Shown piece after piece: positions 5,941 to 11,926 of a stretch of DNA of 11,926 bases. A program made the translations under genes and the position numbers. The notes beneath the pieces are model-generated. The model made no database searches. It saw only the letters and a list, made by a program, of their open reading frames with translations, and was not told the DNA's origin. Within the stretch, counting starts at the first letter, position 1. The number at the start of each line of letters is the position of its first letter. The DNA comes from a virus, in the UHGV virus genome UHGV-1578451. One strand, given 5' to 3'.

Positions 5941-5967
5941 GACCATAAAACTAAGTTAAGTTAGATT
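5939..5967 (+). promoter_or_regulatory. PL-like early-left promoter (TTGACC-17-TAGATT) overlapped by an operator copy
   Basis: -35 TTGACC at 5939-5944, a 17-bp spacer, and -10 TAGATT at 5962-5967. The 16-mer CTAAGTTAAGTTAGAT (5951-5966) is a 13/16 match to the PR-side operator at 5171-5186. It lies ~95 bp upstream of the first plus-strand early gene. Confidence 0.45.
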
Positions 5968-6061
5968 TCATTCATCAACAGCGAACAGGCAGGACGCCCA
6001 CGAAGTAGCCGCCGGTGGCGTATGAATAACCGGATGATTCGCACATGGCAGGAGATTGGAT

Positions 6062-6430
6062 ATGGATGACAGTTTCGAAAATCAACGAGATGCCTGGCTT
6101 GTGGTGATTGAAGCAGCAAAAACTGCATTAAGCCAAGTTGAAAGTAGTAGCTACAGAACAGTTAAACAAATGGCATTGGGTTCTATTATCTATGCCTTTG
6201 AAATGCTGGACTTTGATTTTGAAGCCACGAGCCTTCCGTCAGAACAGCATGAAAAGATGAATAGAGAAGCCGCCGCAGCCTATATCGGCGTAGAGGCGCA
6301 AACATTAGCTAATTGGGCTAGCACAGGAAAGGTTCGTATACCTTTTTTAAAAATCGGCAGAAAGGTTACTTATCTAAAAAGTGATTTGGACGTCTATCTT
6401 GCCTCATCGAAGGCAAGTACCACAAGGTAG
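6062..6430 (+). CDS. hypothetical DNA-binding protein with C-terminal excisionase/MerR-type HTH (HTH_17-like); first gene of the early-left operon
   Basis: ATG 6062 preceded by GGAG at a 7-nt spacing (the ORF table starts at TTG 6056). C-terminal REAAAAYIGVEAQTLANWASTGKVRIPFLKIGRKVTYLKSDLDVYL matches the excisionase-family HTH pattern; the acidic N-terminal ~60 aa is unassigned. It occupies the slot held by N in lambda but has no Arg-rich N-terminal motif. Confidence 0.65.
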   Translation: MDDSFENQRDAWLVVIEAAKTALSQVESSSYRTVKQMALGSIIYAFEMLDFDFEATSLPSEQHEKMNREAAAAYIGVEAQTLANWASTGKVRIPFLKIGRKVTYLKSDLDVYLASSKASTTR

Positions 6431-6499
6431 TTTAGGTACCTACCACCGCGCCTGATGTGGTTAAAAGCAGGCCAAAGCTATAACAAGTAACTCCCTGTT

Positions 6500-6548
6500 C
6501 TGGCGGCCCGGTGTTTTCCCGTTTGTCCGGTAACCGCCAGCCTTTTTC
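6500..6548 (+). terminator. rho-independent terminator downstream of the HTH gene
   Basis: CTGGCGG (6500-6506) pairs with CCGCCAG (6534-6540), with an inner CCGG/CCGG 4-bp extension, followed by CCTTTTTC (6541-6548). Confidence 0.55.
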
Positions 6549-6968
6549 AGGGAATAACAGCCGGTCACGGTAAGTATTTCGCAGAGTGCTTACCGGGACT
6601 GGAAGAGTTAGCACTTGGAGACGGTCCTTATAAATGTCCTGGACAGTGGCGGTACCAGCACTGACAACAGCGGCAGACGTTCAACTGTGTAAACGGAGAG
6701 ATGCCAGCTCGCTCGACGGCAGTGACGGCGGGAAGTAGACCGCTGACAGCTGGGAAAGACCAGCACACAACGATGAGAGCATTGACGAGCAAGGCATAAG
6801 TGCTGGTTCGATTCCAGACAGTCCCATTCAGTTGGGAGGGTTGGGCAGGGAAAAGGTTCATTCGATTCGGACACCGGCAGTGCTCTCTTCGTTGTGGTGA
6901 AGTGCAACCCTTAGAGGTAACCAGAAGATAGCATCTGGCGCCACAACCTTATTGCTGTGTGTAGTCTT

Positions 6969-7040
6969 GGCGGTACCAGGGTCTTCAACCTTATGCAAGG
7001 GGGACGAAGATAATGTTCTACCTCGGTACCGCCCTTTTTA
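6969..7040 (+). terminator. terminator-like composite stem-loop ending in a T-run, at the end of the ORF-poor region
   Basis: GGCGGTACC (6969-6977) is the exact reverse complement of GGTACCGCC (7025-7033), which is followed by CTTTTTA (7034-7040). The 47-nt loop can form nested helices (GTCTTC/GAAGAT, CCTT/AAGG). Unusual because the closing helix is long-range. Confidence 0.4.
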
Positions 7041-7203
7041 CGCAACAGAAAAGGGCATCACCGGGCGACGGGCTCATAACCCAATCCACCCGGGCAAAAA
7101 GAAAGCGGTCTCTCAAGCCGCCAACCAATGCAGGTGCCCTTCTCTGTTGTGTATGGATAAACTAACTTTTTAGCGTCTGTGCAGATGCGCTGAGGAACCG
7201 AGA

Positions 7204-8121
7204 ATGAATAATCCGTTTTTCAAAAATATGTTGGTGTACCGCCTTAGTCGCGATTTCACCATCAACCAGGAAGAGCTGGAACAGCAGCTTGAACTATTTC
7301 GCTTCACTCCATGCGGTAGCCAGGATATGGCAAAAACCGGTTGGGTATCACCACTGGGTCAGCGGTCAGATTGCTTGCATCACACTGTCAATAATCAAGT
7401 GTTGTTGGTTATTCGCCGGGAAGAAAAAATACTGCCATCTCCTGTCATTGCTGAAGAACTACGCCAGCGTGTGGCGCGTCTGGAATCCGATCAGGGGCGT
7501 CGCCTCAAAAAAACTGAGAAAGATTCGCTGCGTGATGAAGTGTTGCACTCCCTGCTTCCTCGGGCGTTCTCCAAAAACTCGACTGTTAGTTTGTGGATCA
7601 ACATCACCGACGGTCTGATCATGGTTGATGCTGCCAGCGCCAAACGTGCCGAAGACTCACTGGCCCTGCTTCGTAAAACTCTCGGTTCTCTCCCGGTGGT
7701 ACCGCTGACTATGGAAGCGCCGATCGAACTAACTATGACCGACTGGGTTCGTTCTGGTAGTGCGCCTGCTGGCTTTGGCCTGGGTGATGAAGCCGAACTG
7801 AAAGCCATTCTTGAAAATGGCGGTATCGGACGCTTTAAAAAACAGGCTCTGGTCAGCGACGAAATTCATGTGCATCTGGAAGCTGGCAAAGTAGTTACAA
7901 AGCTGTCTATCGACTGGCAACAGCGCATTCAGTTCGTTCTTTGCGATGACGGCAGCATCAAGCGCCTTAAGTTCTCTGATGAGCTGACAGAACAAAACGA
8001 CGATATCGACCGTGAGGATGCGGCTCAGCGGTTCGACGCTGACTTTGTTCTGATGACCGGCGAGCTTATCTCTCTCATTAACGGATTAACAACCTCTCTC
8101 GGCGGCGAAGCCAAGCGATAA
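7204..8121 (+). CDS. rdgC: recombination-associated protein RdgC homolog (phage-borne)
   Basis: 305 aa, ATG 7204 preceded by GAGGAA. Closely resembles E. coli RdgC along its whole length ([144 protein letters not shown]) but is clearly diverged from the chromosomal copy as I remember it. Confidence 0.9.
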   Translation: MNNPFFKNMLVYRLSRDFTINQEELEQQLELFRFTPCGSQDMAKTGWVSPLGQRSDCLHHTVNNQVLLVIRREEKILPSPVIAEELRQRVARLESDQGRRLKKTEKDSLRDEVLHSLLPRAFSKNSTVSLWINITDGLIMVDAASAKRAEDSLALLRKTLGSLPVVPLTMEAPIELTMTDWVRSGSAPAGFGLGDEAELKAILENGGIGRFKKQALVSDEIHVHLEAGKVVTKLSIDWQQRIQFVLCDDGSIKRLKFSDELTEQNDDIDREDAAQRFDADFVLMTGELISLINGLTTSLGGEAKR

Positions 8122-8229
8122 ACACCAGGCAACAATTACCCCCATAAGCATGGGTTGGGTTGCTGCACGCTAAATTCAGCAATTCATTAATTTAATGGCG
8201 CGGTGCAGCGCGCCAATATGGAGAAAACC

Positions 8230-8769
8230 ATGAGCTACATTCAGACATTATCCGGCAAACATTTTAATTACCTCGATATCCAACAGGACGATATCGTGAT
8301 CGAAGATATCGCTACCGCGTTGTCTCATATCTGCCGCTTTGCAGGGCATCTTCCTGAGTTTTACAGCGTCGGCCAACATAGCGTTTTAACCAGCCACCTC
8401 GTTCCGCAGGAGTTTGCATTAGAAGCCCTGCTTCATGATGCCGCCGAAGCCTACCTGCAGGATATACCCTCACCGCTTAAGCGCCTGTTACCTGATTACC
8501 AGGTGATCGAAGCTCGCGTAGACGCAGCTATTCGCCAGAAATTTGGCCTACCGACGGGGCAACACCCAACCGTGAAATATGCCGATCTGGTGATGCTTGC
8601 CAGCGAACGCCGCGATTTTGAGATTGACGAAGGTTCCATTTGGCCATGCCTCGAGGGAGTTGTCCCAACGGATTTATTCATTATCAACCCAGTTCGTCCT
8701 GGCCAGTCATACGGCATGTTCATCAATCGCTTTAACGAATTGATGGAGCAGCGCCAATGCGCCGCATGA
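8230..8769 (+). CDS. HD-domain phosphohydrolase (YfbR-like 5'-deoxynucleotidase type)
   Basis: Start placed at ATG 8230, preceded by GGAG at a 6-nt spacing (the ORF table starts at GTG 8203). HD-superfamily metal-binding motifs are present: H..R...GH (ALSHICRFAGH), the HD dyad in EALLHDAAEAYLQDIP, and a downstream D (ADLVMLASERRDFE). Confidence 0.75.
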   Translation: MSYIQTLSGKHFNYLDIQQDDIVIEDIATALSHICRFAGHLPEFYSVGQHSVLTSHLVPQEFALEALLHDAAEAYLQDIPSPLKRLLPDYQVIEARVDAAIRQKFGLPTGQHPTVKYADLVMLASERRDFEIDEGSIWPCLEGVVPTDLFIINPVRPGQSYGMFINRFNELMEQRQCAA

Positions 8770-8933
8770 AGGTAAAAGAACTCGTAGCGGAGGCGTTTGC
8801 CTCCGTTGCTGAATTGCCACCAAAGCATGCACTGCTTATGCGCGAAGTCGCCACCAGACTGGACGCTACGTTCGCAGCATTAAAAGAGTCTCTGGTGCAA
8901 CTGGAACAGGAACGTAAAGGTAAAACGCCATGA
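8766..8933 (+). CDS. small hypothetical protein (55 aa), translationally coupled
   Basis: ATG 8766 overlaps the HD-gene stop (ATGA) and the TGA at 8931-8933 overlaps the next ATG (ATGA). Encodes MKVKELVAEAFASVAELPPKHALLMREVATRLDATFAALKESLVQLEQERKGKTP. Below the ORF-table cut-off. Confidence 0.45.
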   Translation: MKVKELVAEAFASVAELPPKHALLMREVATRLDATFAALKESLVQLEQERKGKTP

Positions 8934-9184
8934 CCGTATTTGAATATCTCCAGGCTCATCCGAATACCACCAGCGGTGAAATCGCCAAAGGTATGAACAA
9001 AAAGACACCCGCGGTCGCTGGCGCATTATCGCAACTCTATGGCACCGGCCGGATCGTGAAGTCTGGTGTTCGCAAGGGCATTCCAACATACCGTGTTAAC
9101 GATATGCCGTTTGGGTGCAGTAACAGCCTAACCATGATGTTTAACCAGCTATTAAACACAGCCAGAAAGGGAGCAGCACAATGA
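8930..9184 (+). CDS. hypothetical small phage protein, winged-helix-like
   Basis: 84 aa; ATGA overlaps at both ends. TSGEIAKGMNKKTPAVAGALSQLYGTGRIV looks like an HTH / winged-helix recognition segment. No family assigned. Confidence 0.6.
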   Translation: MTVFEYLQAHPNTTSGEIAKGMNKKTPAVAGALSQLYGTGRIVKSGVRKGIPTYRVNDMPFGCSNSLTMMFNQLLNTARKGAAQ

Positions 9185-9525
9185 GTAAATCTCTGAACGC
9201 ACGTTGCATCCGTCGCTGGACCGTCGAATTTAAAGACCTCTGCGACTCGAAACACAGTCCGTACTGGCGTAAGCACCACCTTCGCAGTTACATCCGGGAA
9301 TGTGCCCTGACTACCGCTGATTGCATGGTAGAGCGTATGGCAGAGGATAATGCGATGGTAGATTTTCAGGAGACTAATCGAGGGTGGTCGCCGGAGTTCT
9401 CTGCCTGGTACCACGAACGCCGTGAACAGTATCTCAAAGAAGCTCGTGACTATCTGAACGAAGACGCCACCAATGACGAGATCGACGAGGAAATCCAGAA
9501 CGAGCTGGAGGCCTGGAATGACTAA
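9181..9525 (+). CDS. hypothetical phage protein with acidic C-terminus
   Basis: 114 aa; ATG 9181 overlaps the previous stop (ATGA) and is preceded by AGGGAG. C-terminus is strongly acidic (NEDATNDEIDEEIQNELEAWND). No family recognised. Confidence 0.6.
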   Translation: MSKSLNARCIRRWTVEFKDLCDSKHSPYWRKHHLRSYIRECALTTADCMVERMAEDNAMVDFQETNRGWSPEFSAWYHERREQYLKEARDYLNEDATNDEIDEEIQNELEAWND

Positions 9526-9991
9526 CAGCCCAATGACAGCACTCAACAAACAGGCGCTGCGCAAATTAGCAACTGATGCGCACGAGCTTGGCATCATCAA
9601 GCGTTACACGAAAGGCATCGAGGCTAATAAGAGATTCGTTGCCATCGCTACTCCTTTGACTTTTCTGGCGCTACTGGATGAGCTGGAAGCCGCAGAGAAG
9701 CGCATAGCAGAACTGGAGGCGAATAAGGGTAAGCCAGTGATGTTTATTGATGGCGATATCTCCGCATCTGACGCCGAGAAACTTGCAGAAGTTATTCGTG
9801 AAATGGGACGACGCACCAGCGCCTGCATTACAGGAGGAAATGGAAGTCGGGAAGTGGCGGTGAAACAATTCGATGACTTCCAGATTGTCCACTATGGCGC
9901 TACCGAGGATTACGCGAAAGGTTATATAGACTGCCAGAACAACTACAACAAAGCGCTTGCCGCCGCTGGCATTGGCGTGAAGGGGGAGTGA
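9517..9991 (+). CDS. hypothetical phage protein with central coiled-coil segment (possibly Ead/Ea22-like)
   Basis: Start placed at ATG 9517 (GGAGG 7 nt upstream; overlaps the previous gene by 8 nt); the ORF table starts at GTG 9473. ALLDELEAAEKRIAELEANKGK is a coiled-coil motif that I associate with Ea22-like early-left proteins; this is recalled, not searched. Confidence 0.6.
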
Positions 9992-9994
9992 GAG

Positions 9995-10270
9995 ATGAGC
10001 AAATTTACAGACGTACATGACCTGTTAACCGCGTACCAGAAACAAGCTCGTAAGATACCACCTAAGGGTGTTTATGCCTCAAGACATCGGCAGGTTGAGG
10101 TAAACGCGGCCCACGTGCGAAAGATAATGCGTAAGCGTCGGCGGTCAGTCGGCAAGTCAAATAAACTCGGATGTCGCTTTACGGCGGAAATGCGCGTAGC
10201 ACTGATTTGCGATATGAATTTTTGGGCTCTGGTATGTCGCTCTAACCGTAATCAGGAGCATGCATCATGA
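9995..10270 (+). CDS. hypothetical small basic phage protein
   Basis: 91 aa; ATG 9995 is preceded by GGGGAG. Its TGA stop (10268-10270) overlaps the next ATG (ATGA). Basic stretch KIMRKRRRSVGK. No family recognised. Confidence 0.55.
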   Translation: MSKFTDVHDLLTAYQKQARKIPPKGVYASRHRQVEVNAAHVRKIMRKRRRSVGKSNKLGCRFTAEMRVALICDMNFWALVCRSNRNQEHAS

Positions 10271-11019
10271 CAACTAACCACCCGGCGCACGGTCCTGTAT
10301 CACTCGAGCGCCTGCACCAGATAAGCGAAATACTCAGCAAAGCAGCAGCACAAAGCGACGGCGGTAATCTCGGCTACGCAATGGCTGATGCAGTGAAGGT
10401 TATTGATGGGGCTATTGCAGCGTTTAGCTCTGAGCCACAACGAAACCCTGTGTTGACCTATGCGGATAGTTATCGCGATATGGCTGAGCGCGGAGTTGAA
10501 TCTATCCCGGTCTGGAGCGTAATAATTGACCTTGAAAGAAACATCGCTCCACTCTACACCGCCCCGCCAGCGCCGGTAGTGCCAACGTTCGATGAATGGC
10601 TGGCAATTCGCGGTGATAAGCCACTTGGTTGGGTTAAAGACGCGATGCGTGAATCGTATGATGCTTGCCGCGCCGCCATGCTTCAGCATGATCCAGTTTG
10701 CACATGCCCTAGTGGTGACGGTTCGCTACGCTGGCCGTGTCCGGTGCATCCTGGCAACTCTCCGGTTACTCCGGATGGTTGGGCTTTGGTGCCTAAGAGG
10801 CTAACCGCCGAGAACGGCGCAAAGGGTGTGCTGTCCGGTGAGTTTTCAGAAACGAAATTTATAAACTGCCCAGAGTGTTTTGGTGATGATGAATGCGAAA
10901 CATGCGACGGCAGCGGTCGAATTGAGATAACAGTGCCAGTCAGTTGGACGAACATCAAGGCCATTTGGGCTAAAGGTGTCGAGCATTTCGAAGCAGCACC
11001 TCAGCAGGAGAATGTATAA
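10267..11019 (+). CDS. hypothetical phage protein with C-terminal DnaJ-type CxxCxGxG zinc-finger motifs
   Basis: 250 aa; ATG 10267 is preceded by AGGAG. C-terminal cysteine cluster CTCPSGDG...WPCPVHPG...CPECFGDDECETCDGSGR contains paired CxxC(xGxG) units typical of zinc ribbons / DnaJ-like zinc fingers. Confidence 0.65.
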   Translation: MTTNHPAHGPVSLERLHQISEILSKAAAQSDGGNLGYAMADAVKVIDGAIAAFSSEPQRNPVLTYADSYRDMAERGVESIPVWSVIIDLERNIAPLYTAPPAPVVPTFDEWLAIRGDKPLGWVKDAMRESYDACRAAMLQHDPVCTCPSGDGSLRWPCPVHPGNSPVTPDGWALVPKRLTAENGAKGVLSGEFSETKFINCPECFGDDECETCDGSGRIEITVPVSWTNIKAIWAKGVEHFEAAPQQENV

Positions 11020-11593
11020 CGTGAACAATTTAATGATCGACCTTGAGTCTATGGGCAAAAAACCGAATGCCCCTATCGTCTCCATTGGTGCCGTGTTCTT
11101 CGATCCGCAAAGCGGTGAACTGGGTCAGGAGTTTTACACCGCCGTTAACCTTGAAAGCGCTATGGAGCAGGGAGCGGTGCCGGATGGTGACACTATTCTG
11201 TGGTGGTTAAGACAAAGCTCAGAAGCACGATCAGCAATCTGTGTTGATGATGCGATGCCGATATCGTCTGCCCTATCTGAACTGAGCCATTTCATTAATC
11301 GGCATTCTGATAACCCAAAATATTTAAAAGTTTGGGGCAATGGAGCTACTTTCGACAACGTTATATTGCGCGGCGCATATGAGCGCGCCGGCCAAGTTTG
11401 CCCGTGGCAATTTTGGAACGATCACGACGTCAGAACTATCGTCACATTAGGCAGAGTGGTGGGTTTCGATCCAAAGCGAGATATGCCATTCGATGGGGTT
11501 GCACATAACGCACTGGCCGATGCGCGACATCAAGCAAAATACGTGTCCGCGATCTGGCAGAAGTTGATTCCGGCCACCAGCAGCGACCTGTAA
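11012..11593 (+). CDS. DEDDh-family 3'-5' exonuclease
   Basis: Exo I motif MIDLESMG, Exo II motif VWGNGATFDNVIL, Exo III motif GVAHNALADARHQAKY (H-x4-D). Start is ambiguous: ATG 11012 (AGGAGA immediately upstream), GTG 11021 or ATG 11033; the ORF table gives GTG 10976. Confidence 0.8.
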   Translation: MYNVNNLMIDLESMGKKPNAPIVSIGAVFFDPQSGELGQEFYTAVNLESAMEQGAVPDGDTILWWLRQSSEARSAICVDDAMPISSALSELSHFINRHSDNPKYLKVWGNGATFDNVILRGAYERAGQVCPWQFWNDHDVRTIVTLGRVVGFDPKRDMPFDGVAHNALADARHQAKYVSAIWQKLIPATSSDL

Positions 11594-11631
11594 TTTCCCC
11601 TGGGTGCAGCCAGGTTGTATGGAGAATGTCT

Positions 11632-11904
11632 ATGAATACTTTGTTTTTACTTATGGCTGAGTTCAACACGCCTAACATCGAGCTGTCAGCTGTATGCCAA
11701 AAGTATTTCGGTATGAGCCCTAACACAGCAGAAGCGAAAGCAAATGCCTGTCAGTTACCTATCCCAACTTATCGTGTAGGAACATCGCAGAAAGCAAAGC
11801 GCTGCATCAACATTCAGGATCTTGCTGAGTATATAGACCAGCGGCGTGAAGAAGGCAGAATTGAATGGGAAAGAGTCAGAACGAACAAACAGAAAAATAG
11901 TTGA
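11632..11904 (+). CDS. PrtN-family small DNA-binding protein in the excisionase position
   Basis: Start placed at ATG 11632 (GGAGA 6 nt upstream), giving MNTLFLLMAEFNTPNIELSAVCQKYFGMSPNTAEAKANACQLPIPTYRVGTSQKAKRCINIQDLAEYIDQRR. The MNT.FLLMA N-terminus and overall pattern match the pyocin-activator PrtN family as I recall it. It is the last gene before the expected integrase just outside the window. Confidence 0.6.
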   Translation: MNTLFLLMAEFNTPNIELSAVCQKYFGMSPNTAEAKANACQLPIPTYRVGTSQKAKRCINIQDLAEYIDQRREEGRIEWERVRTNKQKNS

Positions 11905-11926
11905 GTTCCGCACCGATAAAAAAAGA

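Noticed and set aside
6805-6815. Possible tRNA gene, suggested by the near-canonical T-arm sequence GGTTCGATTCC
   Set aside because: No cloverleaf can be built. The would-be acceptor 3' strand (CAGTCCC) has its complement ~200 nt upstream (6595-6601), not ~65 nt; there is no CCA, and no anticodon or D-arm pairing in register. The motif is kept as part of the structured-region finding but not called as a tRNA.
6432-7173. Table ORFs 6432..6614(-), 6608..6907(-), 6628..6861(-) and 6952..7173(+) as protein-coding genes
   Set aside because: Their Cys/Arg/Ser/Pro-rich composition is typical of out-of-frame translation of GC-rich DNA, they overlap each other in different frames, they lack ribosome-binding sites and they cross intrinsic terminators.
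7204-8121. Possibility that rdgC here is the host chromosomal gene and the window spans a prophage-chromosome junction
   Set aside because: Phage-type genes (coupled small ORFs, Ea22-like, DEDDh exonuclease, PrtN-like) continue downstream on the same strand and no att-like boundary or integrase intervenes; the gene is treated as phage-borne.
8159-8214. Inverted repeat TGCTGCACGC ... GCGGTGCAGCG with an AT-rich 28-nt loop between rdgC and the HD gene
   Set aside because: No T-run follows on either strand, so it is not an intrinsic terminator. It may be an RNA processing or binding site, but the evidence is too thin to call.
9037-10018. Minus-strand ORFs 9037..9600 (187 aa) and 9671..10018 (115 aa)
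   Set aside because: Both lie entirely antisense to a tightly coupled plus-strand gene chain with better starts and composition; judged to be shadow ORFs.

Overview
This 11.9-kb window is an internal segment of a lambdoid (YdaS/YdaT-type) enterobacterial prophage, centred on the lysogeny switch. All protein calls were made by eye from the translations (motifs and remembered family signatures); no database search was run. The minus strand (1-5157) carries the early-right operon, read from high to low coordinates: cro-like (YdaS family), CII-like (YdaT family), a 340-bp gap, an O-like replication initiator with iteron-like repeats (putative ori), a Dam-family N6-adenine methyltransferase fused to an unrecognised ~300-aa C-terminal domain, a 40-aa coupled ORF, a rusA-like resolvase with an in-frame TGA at codon 15, an ORF6N/KilA-C antirepressor, and the start of a further nin-region gene. 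The plus strand (5244-11904) carries a CI/LexA-like (S24) repressor, a terminator and PL-like promoter, an HTH gene, a 0.77-kb ORF-poor repeat-structured region, an rdgC homolog, an HD phosphohydrolase, a chain of translationally coupled small ORFs, a DEDDh exonuclease and a PrtN-like gene in the excisionase position. Integrase is expected just beyond the right edge. No rRNA, tRNA, CRISPR array, transposase or integrase lies inside the window. The most unusual items are the ORF-poor structured region at 6431-7203, the methyltransferase fusion in the slot normally held by a helicase loader, and a strong enrichment of Chi octamers.
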